Shown: positions 37,989 through 47,290 of the stretch, in pieces
Position numbering within the stretch: position 1 is the first letter of the stretch
Layout of the letters: each line of letters begins with the position of its first letter
From: Planctomycetota bacterium
GTDB lineage: Bacteria; Planctomycetota; MHYJ01; WSZJ01
NCBI GenBank assembly: GCA_038060895.1
Contig: JBBTCT010000024.1
Location: 96,001-160,000, forward strand
DNA: 64,000 bases
Direction of reading: 5' to 3'
Notes under the pieces: model-generated
What the model was told of the DNA's origin: nothing
The model's input: the letters and a program-made list of their open reading frames with translations, nothing else
Database searches by the model: none
Made by a program: the position numbers and the translations under genes

Positions 37989-39022
37989 GGGCAGAGTCTA
38001 GCCCATCCGCAATCGGCCGACGCGAGCTTCCGGGCCGCCGCCGTCATCGGCACGTCGTGCAGGCGGCCGGGCTCGACCCATTTCAGCTCCGGGTACCAGC
38101 CCGCGGCCGGCGCCCCCGGCGCGGACGCACGGAAGAGAGACGCCGTGATCCGGTGATGCGTGATGGTGTGGCGCGCGGTCGCCACGGCAGCGCCGATGCG
38201 CACCCTGACACCGAGTCGGACGCGCAGGACCGAGGCGAGCTCCCGCTTCGGGACGCGGTCGCCCGGAAATTCCCAGAGGCTGCCCAGCAATCCCGGCGGG
38301 CGGCGGCCGAGAAGCGCCCGGCCGTCGCGGAGCACGAGGGCGTAGGACGCCTCCTGCGCCACGGTCGCCGGGCGCGCCTTGCGGGCCGGGAGCGCTTCCA
38401 CGGTTCCCTCGGCCCGCGCCCGGCAGAGGTTCGACAGCGGGCAGACGAGGCACGAGGGGTCGCGCGGCAGGCAGACCGTCGCTCCGAGCTCCATCAGGCC
38501 TTCGTTCCACGCGCCCGGGTCTTTCGCGGGCACCAGCTCCGCAGCCCGCGTTTCCAGCGCGCGCGGCGCGTAGTCCCTGCCGTCGAGCCGCGACAGCACG
38601 CGCCGGATGTTGCCGTCCACGCAGGCCGCGCGGACGCCATGGGCGATCGAGAGGATCGCTCCCGCGGTGTAGGAACCGATGCCGGGAAGCGCCCGCAGTT
38701 CCTCGACCGTCCGCGGCACTTTCCCGCCGTGCCGTTCGACGATGAGCCGCGCCGCCCGATGCAGGTTCCGCGCCCGCGAGTAGTAGCCCAGACCGGCCCA
38801 TTCCTCGACGACGTCCTGTTCAGAAGCGGCGGCCAGCGCGCGGACGTCCGGGAACCGCTCCACGAACGCCCCGAACCGCGGCACGACCGTCTTCACCGTC
38901 GTCTGCTGGAGCATCAGTTCGCTGACCCAGGTGCGGAAGGGCGTCCGCGTGCGCCGCCAGGGGAGATCGCGGGCGACCGTCGCAAACCACTTCGCGAGAG
39001 CCGTGGCGGGAGTCCGGCTCAC
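37985..39022 (-). CDS. mutY: A/G-specific adenine glycosylase
   Basis: RDLPWR, SELMLQQT, GLGYYSRARNL, LPGIGSYTA, VDGN, CX6CX2CX5C cluster. Confidence 0.95.
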   Translation of the reverse strand: MSRTPATALAKWFATVARDLPWRRTRTPFRTWVSELMLQQTTVKTVVPRFGAFVERFPDVRALAAASEQDVVEEWAGLGYYSRARNLHRAARLIVERHGGKVPRTVEELRALPGIGSYTAGAILSIAHGVRAACVDGNIRRVLSRLDGRDYAPRALETRAAELVPAKDPGAWNEGLMELGATVCLPRDPSCLVCPLSNLCRARAEGTVEALPARKARPATVAQEASYALVLRDGRALLGRRPPGLLGSLWEFPGDRVPKRELASVLRVRLGVRVRIGAAVATARHTITHHRITASLFRASAPGAPAAGWYPELKWVEPGRLHDVPMTAAARKLASADCGWARLCP

Positions 39023-39618
39023 GACAGGCCGTTCGCGCGCTTCCAGAGCGCGGCGTACGCGCGGTTGCCGAACACGATCCGGATTTCTGCGGGCGCACCA
39101 TCAGCCGGTTCGGTCCCTCTCCGGCCCTCGACCGCCATGCAGCTCCTGACGTGGCCCGGGCGGTTGCCGAGCGCGCGGGCGAGCAGGGACCGGGCGATCC
39201 ACGCCACGACGCCGCCGGGGATCAGCAGGACGACGAGGAACTTCTCGTTGAAATCGTTGTCGAGCGTCACGACCCAGAGAAACATGGACCCGAGCGTGCC
39301 GGCGATGAACGCCAGGATCGTCGCCGCGAGCAGCAGGCCGGTCCGGCGCCGGCAAGGACCGCACCAGCCGAGCGGCACCAGGAGGTAGCGCTGCGACATG
39401 CCCACCGCGGTGTGGGCGAAATGCGTGACCAGCTTCTCGTATCTCTTCACCTGCGTGGGCTCGAGACAGCAGCAGCAGATGTCGGGCGACGCAATCGCCT
39501 CCAGCTTCGCCACGACCTCCTCATGAAATTCGGCCCCGCGCGCCGGCGTGCCGCAGGACTCGCACTTCTCGCCTGTTCGCGGGAGTTCCTTTCCGCAGCC
39601 GATGCAGAGGGGGCTCAA
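39019..39618 (-). CDS. Zn-ribbon membrane protein, hypothetical
   Basis: CIGC..CESC, CCCC, CGPC and two TM helices; TTG start inferred. Confidence 0.65.
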   Translation of the reverse strand: MSPLCIGCGKELPRTGEKCESCGTPARGAEFHEEVVAKLEAIASPDICCCCLEPTQVKRYEKLVTHFAHTAVGMSQRYLLVPLGWCGPCRRRTGLLLAATILAFIAGTLGSMFLWVVTLDNDFNEKFLVVLLIPGGVVAWIARSLLARALGNRPGHVRSCMAVEGRRGTEPADGAPAEIRIVFGNRAYAALWKRANGLS

Positions 39619-39629
39619 GGGTCGCGCGG

Positions 39630-40853
39630 CTACTGAAGCGCCCGCGTCTTCCCGCGCGCGACCACGACGATACCGCTCGGATCCACCACGTAGCCTTTCC
39701 GGTCCCACGCCGTCTTCGCGTCGATCACCTCGCCCGGCGCAATCTCGTTCCACCGGTCCACGATCACCCGCTTCAGCTTCGCCCCCGCGCCGATCGTCGT
39801 ATGGTCGCAGATGATGCACTCGTCCAGCTCCGCGCCGTCGCCGATCGTCACGTCGCGCGAGACAACGCTCCGCCGGATCTTCCCTCCGTGCACGATCGCG
39901 CCGCCCCCCACCGTCGAGTCCACGATCTCGCCCTTGATGATCCGCGCCGGCCCCGACGTCATCGGCCGGCTCTGGATCGGCCAGTCGGAATTGTTCAGGT
40001 CGAGCTTCGGCTTCGTCCCCAGCAGGTCCATGTGCGCTTCCCAGTAACTCTCCAGGTCCCCCACGTCGCGCCAGTAAGCGGGCTCTTCGCCGGCCTTCAT
40101 CCCGGGGATCTCGTTCTTCCGGAAGTCGTAGGCGTAAATCCGCTTCTCCCCGTACAGCGCCGGCAGGATCGTCTTGCCGAAGTCGTGCGCGGACTGGGCT
40201 TGCGCATCCGCTTCGAGAACTTCGCGGAGGAGTTTGGCGTCGAAGAGGTAATTTCCCATGGAGCTGAAGGCCATGCCGGGCTCGCCTGGCATGGACTTGG
40301 GCTTGCTGGGCTTCTCGTCGAATCCGACGAATCTGCCGAGCTTGTCGACGGCGATGATGCCGAAGCCGGACGCCCGGTCAACGGGAACGGGGCGGGCGCA
40401 GACGGTGACGTCGGCCTTCTTTTCGAGGTGGAACTCGATCATCTGGCGGATGTCGATGCGGTAGATGTGATCAGCGCCGAAGATGGCGACGAGGTCGGGG
40501 TTGTAATCGGCGATGAGGTTGAGGTTCTGGTACACGGCGTCGGCGGTTCCGCGGTACCAGGAATCGCCCCAGCGCATCTGCGGCGGCACGACGCTGATGA
40601 AATGGTCGCGGATGAGCGGCGCGAGGCGCCACGCCGCGTTGAGATGGTCGATGAGCGACTGCGACTTGTACTGCACGAGCAGGTGGATCCCGTAGATCCC
40701 GCTGTTGATAAAGTTCGACAGCACGAAATCCACGATGCGGAAGCGCCCGCCGAACGGGACCGAGGGCTTGGATCGTTCCTTCGTGAGCGGGTCGAGGCGT
40801 TCGCCTTTGCCGCCGGCGAGGATGATGCCGAGGACGCGGGGGGGCTTGATCAT
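39630..40853 (-). CDS. glgC: glucose-1-phosphate adenylyltransferase
   Basis: LAGGKGERL, KPSVPFGG, WYRGTADAVYQN, DHIY, SMGNYLF, YWRDVG. Confidence 0.97.
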   Translation of the reverse strand: MIKPPRVLGIILAGGKGERLDPLTKERSKPSVPFGGRFRIVDFVLSNFINSGIYGIHLLVQYKSQSLIDHLNAAWRLAPLIRDHFISVVPPQMRWGDSWYRGTADAVYQNLNLIADYNPDLVAIFGADHIYRIDIRQMIEFHLEKKADVTVCARPVPVDRASGFGIIAVDKLGRFVGFDEKPSKPKSMPGEPGMAFSSMGNYLFDAKLLREVLEADAQAQSAHDFGKTILPALYGEKRIYAYDFRKNEIPGMKAGEEPAYWRDVGDLESYWEAHMDLLGTKPKLDLNNSDWPIQSRPMTSGPARIIKGEIVDSTVGGGAIVHGGKIRRSVVSRDVTIGDGAELDECIICDHTTIGAGAKLKRVIVDRWNEIAPGEVIDAKTAWDRKGYVVDPSGIVVVARGKTRALQ

Positions 40854-40913
40854 TGAGGGAAGTGTCGCACGCGGGCGCGGAGAGGGGCAACAGTCGAGGA
40901 GCAGGGAGGGGGA

Positions 40914-42548
40914 TCAGCTGCCGTCAAAGGGCACTATGCGAGCCTCCGCACATGCTCGATGCATCTCGGCGGTCGCGCTCTCCAGTTCCAGGCGGTTGCC
41001 GACTTCCCTGAGAATCGCCGCTCCCTTGGGCCACGCTTCCCGCGCTTCCCCGTGACGCCCTAGCGCCAGGTAGAGCAGGGCCTGGCCGCAGCTGTGGATC
41101 CCTTCGAAGGTCAGGTTTCCGGTCATGCGATGAAGCTCGATGGCGTGGGCAAAGTGGCGCTCAGCGGACTCCAGGTTGCCCGTGACGTGAAGGAGAGACG
41201 CGAAATTCCCGCAGTCGATTCCCTGGCAGCGCCGGTTGCCGGTCGCGCGATGAAGGGAGAGCGCCTCCTCGTAGTTCCGTGCCGCCAGGTCGAATCGCCG
41301 CGCCCTCTGGTAAAGGCCCGCGAGGTTCCCGAGCACGATTCCCTCGGATCGAGGAGCTCCCACCTCGCGATGAATCGCACGCGCGGCGAGGAACGCGCGT
41401 TCGGCGTCTTCGTCCCTGCCCGTTTCAAACAGAAGGATCCCGAGGTTTCCCAGCGTAACTCCTTCGAAGAGGCGGTTTTCCACTTCCCTGTGTATGGAGA
41501 GCGCCTGTTTGAAACTCTGTTCGGCCAATTCAACGCGACGGGTTTCCCGGTATAGATCGGCCAGATTTCCCAGGAGGATTCCCAGGGATCGCCGGTCCCC
41601 GACTTCGCGCGCAATGGCCATCGCTTCTTCAAAATTTCGTTCCGCCTGAACGGCGTTGTCAGCTTCGTGTTGAAGCAGCGCGAGATTCCCCAACGTCTTT
41701 CCCTCGTCCGCGCGGTTCCGATTGCGCCGATGTTCGGCAAGGGCCTCTTCGCAAGTCCGCGCCGCCAGCTCGGGTCGCCCGGTCTGCTGAAACAACATCG
41801 CCAGGTTCGACCTCATCATGCCCTCGACGCGCCGGTCACCGATTTCCCGGCTCAGGCGGATCGCCTCGTTGAAGAGCCTCTCGGCCGACTCGGAGCGTCC
41901 GGTGTCCTTGTGGATGATTCCCAGATTGCCCACCAGGAGTCCTTCGGCGCGCGTGTCTCCCGTCTCGCGGAGAATTGCCAGTGCTTCTTCGCACGACCTC
42001 TCCGCCGGCTCCATGCGCCCTGTTTCCTGGTAAATCCTCGACAGCCGCTCCAGCGCCGAACTCTCCCGGCGACGGTCGCCCGCCGACCGCGCAACCGTCA
42101 GGGCTTCGTCCGCAAGCCGCTCAGCATTTTTCGCCCGGCCCGATCGGAGCGCAGCCGCGGCGGCAGACTCCAGCGAAGCGCTCCTCAAGCCCCCCTCGAC
42201 CAGCAAGGCGTGCGCTTCCCAGAGTTCCCGCGCTTCGTCGAACCGGAAGTGTCTCTGCGAGTGCGCGGCGGCCCGCCGAAGGTAAAGCCGTTGTGCACCG
42301 CGCAGATCTTCACCCGCGGATTCCAGGGCGAATCCGGCGTGCTCGGCGAGCTCGCGGGCAAAGGGATCGCTCGGGTGGTCTACGGGTTCCCGGGCATCCG
42401 CGGGCTCCGGCGCTCTTCCCCCGCACATTTTCTCAACGACGACAAACGCGATCGCGTGCAGTCGCGCCCGGTCACCGGGAAGTTGGAGCTGGTAGGCCGC
42501 GTCGCGCAGAAGCGCGTGGCGGAAGAGATATGCCGACTCGGCGTTCAA
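40914..42548 (-). CDS. TPR repeat protein (paralogue 2)
   Basis: TTG 42548 overlaps upstream stop; starts NAESAYLFRHALLRDAAYQL; LGNLA/G TPR repeats. Confidence 0.85.
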   Translation of the reverse strand: MNAESAYLFRHALLRDAAYQLQLPGDRARLHAIAFVVVEKMCGGRAPEPADAREPVDHPSDPFARELAEHAGFALESAGEDLRGAQRLYLRRAAAHSQRHFRFDEARELWEAHALLVEGGLRSASLESAAAAALRSGRAKNAERLADEALTVARSAGDRRRESSALERLSRIYQETGRMEPAERSCEEALAILRETGDTRAEGLLVGNLGIIHKDTGRSESAERLFNEAIRLSREIGDRRVEGMMRSNLAMLFQQTGRPELAARTCEEALAEHRRNRNRADEGKTLGNLALLQHEADNAVQAERNFEEAMAIAREVGDRRSLGILLGNLADLYRETRRVELAEQSFKQALSIHREVENRLFEGVTLGNLGILLFETGRDEDAERAFLAARAIHREVGAPRSEGIVLGNLAGLYQRARRFDLAARNYEEALSLHRATGNRRCQGIDCGNFASLLHVTGNLESAERHFAHAIELHRMTGNLTFEGIHSCGQALLYLALGRHGEAREAWPKGAAILREVGNRLELESATAEMHRACAEARIVPFDGS

Positions 42549-43972
42549 GGGGTCCCCCGGTCGAGCGGCGGAACGCCGGCGTTCGCGCAGGCCGCCAGCA
42601 TGGCTTCGGTTTTCTGCCCGAGCATTTCGCGATCCCCGACCTGGAGCAGGACGTCTGCTCCTTTCCTCCACACAACTCCCGCTTCCTGCGTCCTGCCCAG
42701 CGCCAGGAGGCACATCGCGAAGCCGCAGGTGTGGATTCCGATGAAGCGCCGCTGGCCGGCGTCGTGGAGGCAGGCGAGGGCGTCTGAGAAGAGTGGGAGG
42801 GCGGCGGGAGCGCGGCCGGACTCGACGAGGAGGGAGGCGAGGTTGCCGAGGTCGATGCCTTCGAAGCGGCGTTCGCCGACGTCGCGATGGATGGCGAGGG
42901 CGGCGTGGTAAGTGGACTCTGCAAGGGCCGAGCGGCCGGTGGCCTGGTAGATGCATGCGAGATTCCCGAGGGCCACTCCCTCGGTGCGGCGGTTGCCGGT
43001 GGACCGGTGGAGGGAGAGGGCCCGCTGGCAGACGGCTTCGGCCTCGGGGAATCGTCGCTGTTGGAAGAACACGCCGGAGAGATGGCCGAGAGAAGCGCCT
43101 TCGGCGCGGAGGTCGCCGGTGCGGCGGGCTAGGGCGAGCGACGTCTGGAGTGAGGCCTCGGCTTCCTCGAAACGGCCGGTCTGCCCGAGAAGGATGGCAA
43201 GGTTTCCCCAGCCGATGCTCTCGGAGGCGACATTCCCGGTCCGGGCGTGGATTTCGAGGGCTTCGCGGTACATCGCCTCGGCTTCCGGGATTCGGCCGGC
43301 CTCCATGAAGCGCGCGGCGAGGTTGGCCAGTGCCGTGCCCGCGCGGCGCTCGTCGCCGAGCTCGCGGAAGATCGCGAGGGCTTGCTGCTGGAGGGCGACG
43401 CCTTCGGTTGCGGCGCGGGCCGTTCCCTGGAGCGCAAGGCCTAGCGTGCCGATGGCGATGGCCTCCAGGCGGCGGTTGCCCGAACTCCGGAGCCGGGCGA
43501 GCGCGTCCTCCAGTAGCGGAAGGGCCTCTGCGCGCCGGCCGCCCTGCGCCGCGCGCTCGCCGGCCAGGCGGAGCGCTTCCCCGCGCTCCGCGCCGTCGAG
43601 CATCCCCGCCAGCGCGCGCCAGTGGGAAACGCAATCTTCGATGTGGAACTGCCTTCCGGCGGCCTCGGCGGAGCGCCTCAGGTAGTTCCGCCTCGCAGCG
43701 TCGAGTGTCGCGACGTCCGCGCCGGGGGCCTCCCTGGCGAGGCGGGCGTGTTCCGCCAATCCCGCCGCGTGGGCGTCGCACGGGTGCGGCGCGAGCCGCG
43801 CGGACTCCGTCGCGTCCAGCGGCACGGGCTCGGGCGGCCGCCCCCCGCACAGCGCTTCGATCACTTCGAACGCCCGGGCGTGACTCAGCGCGCGGTCGCC
43901 GGGGAGCTGCAACTGATAGGCGGCGTCCCGAAGCAGGGCGTGACGGAATATGTAGGCTGTCTCCGCATTCAT
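42545..43972 (-). CDS. TPR repeat protein (paralogue 1)
   Basis: Starts MNAETAYIFRHALLRDAAYQL; TPR repeats. Confidence 0.87.
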   Translation of the reverse strand: MNAETAYIFRHALLRDAAYQLQLPGDRALSHARAFEVIEALCGGRPPEPVPLDATESARLAPHPCDAHAAGLAEHARLAREAPGADVATLDAARRNYLRRSAEAAGRQFHIEDCVSHWRALAGMLDGAERGEALRLAGERAAQGGRRAEALPLLEDALARLRSSGNRRLEAIAIGTLGLALQGTARAATEGVALQQQALAIFRELGDERRAGTALANLAARFMEAGRIPEAEAMYREALEIHARTGNVASESIGWGNLAILLGQTGRFEEAEASLQTSLALARRTGDLRAEGASLGHLSGVFFQQRRFPEAEAVCQRALSLHRSTGNRRTEGVALGNLACIYQATGRSALAESTYHAALAIHRDVGERRFEGIDLGNLASLLVESGRAPAALPLFSDALACLHDAGQRRFIGIHTCGFAMCLLALGRTQEAGVVWRKGADVLLQVGDREMLGQKTEAMLAACANAGVPPLDRGTP

Positions 43973-43976
43973 CGGA

Positions 43977-44024
43977 AGTCGGGAGTATGGAGTATTGAGG
44001 GTTGAGTAGGGAGAAGTGGGGAGT
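43977..44024 (+). repeat. heptamer-built arm, inverted partner of 47171-47211
   Basis: GGAGTATTGAGGGTTGAGTAGGGAGAAGTGGGGAGT, 34/36 match to the reverse complement of the other arm. Confidence 0.8.
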
Positions 44025-44056
44025 GCGAAGTTGGAGAGGGGCCGGCCTATCCGCCG

Positions 44057-44662
44057 TCACTCGGGGGTCGGCGCGTTCCCCTGTTTGGGCGAGTTGCCTC
44101 GATGCCGAAGCGCCCTCCTCGGCCCACGGATGCTGCGCGCGACGAATTGCGCCCAAAGCCGGTAAAGCGGACGCGCAGCGGCGGCGCCTTCAAGGAATTC
44201 GACTGCGTGCGCGATCGCCTCGAGCGTCGCCATTCCTTCCGGCGACGGAGGAGTCCGCAACCGCGCGGTCGATGGGGCCGGCGGCGGGAGCGAAAGCCGT
44301 GGAAGCTTGTGAAGTTCCGGCAGTCGGATCAGCATCCGCCGCGCCTGCCGCCACGAGCCGTCGAGCACGATGAGCCGCTTCGGAATCGGCGCGCCCGGAT
44401 CCGGCGCCGCGCCGCCCGGGTAAAGGAGCCACGTCCCGGGCCCGGTCGAGACTTCCGTCCTGCCGCCCTCCTCTTCCCCGTGCTCAATCACCTCGCAATT
44501 CGGAAGCGCGAGCGCGGCGATGCGCGCCGAGTTCGAGCGGCGGCGCGTTTCGATCGTGTGGCGAATGATGACGAAGCGAGTGCGTGTGGCGATGCGTTCG
44601 ACCTCGGCGCAGACGCACTTGTCGGCATCGAGGAGACAGCGGTCACATCGAGGTGGAGTCAT
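44057..44662 (-). CDS. DTW-domain protein (tRNA-uridine aminocarboxypropyltransferase-like)
   Basis: CDRC..CVC, H..E..R.SNSA, LLYP, LDGSW, TLEA. Confidence 0.88.
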   Translation of the reverse strand: MTPPRCDRCLLDADKCVCAEVERIATRTRFVIIRHTIETRRRSNSARIAALALPNCEVIEHGEEEGGRTEVSTGPGTWLLYPGGAAPDPGAPIPKRLIVLDGSWRQARRMLIRLPELHKLPRLSLPPPAPSTARLRTPPSPEGMATLEAIAHAVEFLEGAAAARPLYRLWAQFVARSIRGPRRALRHRGNSPKQGNAPTPE

Positions 44663-44669
44663 CGCGAGG

Positions 44670-47105
44670 TCAATGCAACCGGCGAAGGCATGCCTCGGCC
44701 CAGGCCTTTTCCACCTCGGAGGTCGAGCGTCCGGCGAGCCGGACGAGAAGCTTCTTAGCGGCTGGCGACCCGATGGATTCGATGATCTGGAGAGCGCGAA
44801 GGCGGCGGAGCGAGCCGCAAGACTGCACGAGGGGCGCGTTCAGCGCGGCCAGGAGTTCGCGAAGGGCCGCACCGGCCTCCGGGAAGGACGTCCCTGAAGC
44901 GGACCTTAGCCGGAACTCGACCAGGACCCCCGCATCGGCGAGCGAAGTCCTGGCCCGATCGCGCTGCCCGGGATCCTCGGAGTCGAGCTGTCCGATCCAG
45001 GAGTCCGTTTCCTCGGGCGAGGTCTCCTCTTCGAGGCGGCGCGCCAACTCTTCCGCACCGGCGACGCCCGCACTGTGAAAAAATGCAAGCGCGGCGGCGG
45101 CCAGCGAACCGTTCTGGGTGCGAAGGTCGCGCCAGGCGGAATCGAAGTCCGGCTCGGCGGGCCGCTTCGCCGCTTCTCCCAGATTCCAGATGAGGATGGC
45201 TCCATCGTCGCCGGCAGAAGCGAGGCGGTCGCTCTTCGGTGAGAACGCAACGGCGCGGATGGGAACGGGCGCGGCCTGAAATTGTCGAATGGATTTGCCG
45301 GTCGCCGGATCGCAGACGGACACGAGTCCACTGGCCTCCCCCATCGCGAATTGCCGTCCGTCCGGGGACCAGGCGAGGGCCGTCGTCTCGACGGAGGCAC
45401 ACTCCAGGTCGGTTTCGCACTTCCCCGTCCCAACCGTCACCATCGCGGGGCGTCCCCACTTGACGCCGATCAGCAGGCGTTTGCCGTCCGGGGAGAAGCG
45501 TGCACAGGTTGCCCTCCCCTGAAAGGAGATCGACGTCATCTTTCCTGAGTCGAAGTCGCAGAGGTGATCGTTTCCCATGCGGTCACTCCACGCGACCAGA
45601 CGACCGTCCGGTGACCAAGCCGCGAACGACTGGGTGATCATGCCAGCGAAACCGCCCCGCCAATTATTGCCGTGCTCTTCTTTCGGCTCCTTGAATTCCT
45701 TCTGTATGTCTCCGCTCCCGATGTCCCGGATGACCAGGGTGCCGTCCGACTCGCTGGCGAGCATCTTCCCGTCCGGGGAGAGTGCCATACCACGAAGGCA
45801 ACGTTCGCCCACGACGAATTCCTTCGGCTGCTTCTCGCAATCCAGGGTCCAGATCGAGACAACTGAGTTGTCTTCGCTGAGGGCGAGACGATTGCCTGCG
45901 AGGGAGGCGATCGGCAGGTACCCGCTGAGGTAGGGGGTGCCTCCGGGCGTCGAAAGGCGCGACAACTCCTTCCCGATTGTGGCATCCCATCGGCGGATGG
46001 AGCCTTCGGCCCCGGCGCTGATGAGGGAGCGACCGTCCTCGCTCCATGAAACAAAGTACGCGCGGCCTGTGTGGCCCGGCGCGGACTCGAGTTCCATTCC
46101 CGACGCGATGTGCCAGGTTCGCAGCTTGGTGCCGTCGCCAGCCATGAGAAGCGATCCTCCTGAAACGAAGACCGGCGGATCGCAGGCGAAGCTCGCACTC
46201 AAACTAGAAACGGGGGCCGCGTTCTCCATGTCCCAGACCTGGATGGGCTCACGGCCGCCGATCCCGGCCGAGCCCGTCGCGAGCAGCTTCCCGTCGGTCG
46301 AAATCACCACCCTGTAGGTGCAATCAGGAGTCAGCGGCATTCGCGTCCAGCCGGCGGCTTCATCGAAAATCACGACTTCCCTGACCTTATTGGTACAGCT
46401 CGTCACGATGCGCGCTCCATCCGCGGCAATCGCAACGTAGGCCGGTGATTCCAGCTTGAATTCCCGAAGCTGGACGTTCTTCTGCAGGTCGAACAACCGG
46501 ACGCTGCCGTCCATGCCGCTCGAGACGAGCCGCCTTCCGTCCGCCGAAATACCGAGGGAGATCACTCCATTATCTGCCCCCCGGGGAACCGGCAATTCCG
46601 TTCCCGTATTCAACTCCAGGAGTTTCAGGGGAGATTTCGGATTTCCCCAGGCGAGCACCGAGCCGTTGGGAGACAGCGCGACAACGGCCAGGCTCTCGCC
46701 TCGCGGGACCTCTCTCAGCAGTTTTTCGGACTCGAGGTCCCAGACATAAATGGAGTTCGAGGCGTAGTCCGACTGGCATGCCAGGATTCTCCCGTCGTGG
46801 GACAACACCATCTCGCGCCAGAATCCGCCAAGTTGCGGCCCCATTTTCCGGAGCACGACGCCCGTCGACAGATCGAAGATGCGGATCATCCGGTCGTTCC
46901 CCGCAACCACGACACTTCTGCCGTCCGGCAGCGGAAGCATTTCCCCGAGCATTCCCGGATCCGAGGGGGTTGGCTGGCCGATTCGCAGAACCGCACCCTC
47001 CGGGCACGCAGCTCCGAGGAAGTTCTCAACCGTCTCCGCTTCAGCACTCCCAAGACAGAGCAGGAGCGGGACGCCGAGAACCAGCAAGAGGGCGCGGCAA
47101 TACAT
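44670..47105 (-). CDS. exported WD40 repeat protein
   Basis: Multiple SPDG/IW[D/N] repeats, GAVLRIG N-terminal motif, helical C-terminus; start uncertain (47105-47144). Confidence 0.88.
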   Translation of the reverse strand: MYCRALLLVLGVPLLLCLGSAEAETVENFLGAACPEGAVLRIGQPTPSDPGMLGEMLPLPDGRSVVVAGNDRMIRIFDLSTGVVLRKMGPQLGGFWREMVLSHDGRILACQSDYASNSIYVWDLESEKLLREVPRGESLAVVALSPNGSVLAWGNPKSPLKLLELNTGTELPVPRGADNGVISLGISADGRRLVSSGMDGSVRLFDLQKNVQLREFKLESPAYVAIAADGARIVTSCTNKVREVVIFDEAAGWTRMPLTPDCTYRVVISTDGKLLATGSAGIGGREPIQVWDMENAAPVSSLSASFACDPPVFVSGGSLLMAGDGTKLRTWHIASGMELESAPGHTGRAYFVSWSEDGRSLISAGAEGSIRRWDATIGKELSRLSTPGGTPYLSGYLPIASLAGNRLALSEDNSVVSIWTLDCEKQPKEFVVGERCLRGMALSPDGKMLASESDGTLVIRDIGSGDIQKEFKEPKEEHGNNWRGGFAGMITQSFAAWSPDGRLVAWSDRMGNDHLCDFDSGKMTSISFQGRATCARFSPDGKRLLIGVKWGRPAMVTVGTGKCETDLECASVETTALAWSPDGRQFAMGEASGLVSVCDPATGKSIRQFQAAPVPIRAVAFSPKSDRLASAGDDGAILIWNLGEAAKRPAEPDFDSAWRDLRTQNGSLAAAALAFFHSAGVAGAEELARRLEEETSPEETDSWIGQLDSEDPGQRDRARTSLADAGVLVEFRLRSASGTSFPEAGAALRELLAALNAPLVQSCGSLRRLRALQIIESIGSPAAKKLLVRLAGRSTSEVEKAWAEACLRRLH

Positions 47106-47170
47106 GAAGCCCATCATAGCTGCGGCGAGCCCCGCTTCTATCACCCGGCCCGCCGTTCTGCTTCCTATTA

Positions 47171-47211
47171 ACTCCCCACTCCTCCCTACTCAACCCTCAA
47201 CACTCCCGACT
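47171..47211 (-). repeat. heptamer-built arm, inverted partner of 43977-44024
   Basis: ACTCCCCACTCCTCCCTACTCAACCCTCAACACTCCCGACT. Confidence 0.8.
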
Positions 47212-47290
47212 CCCCCCGTTTCTAGCCACCCCCCGCGCTGTCGGCTTATACTTCGCCCCCTTCACTTCCCGCCACTTCGGAGAACCATCC

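Noticed and set aside
42549-44156. N-terminal half of the 1080-aa ORF 40914..44156
   Set aside because: Overlaps the real TPR gene 42545..43972 in another frame; paralogy places the start at TTG 42548
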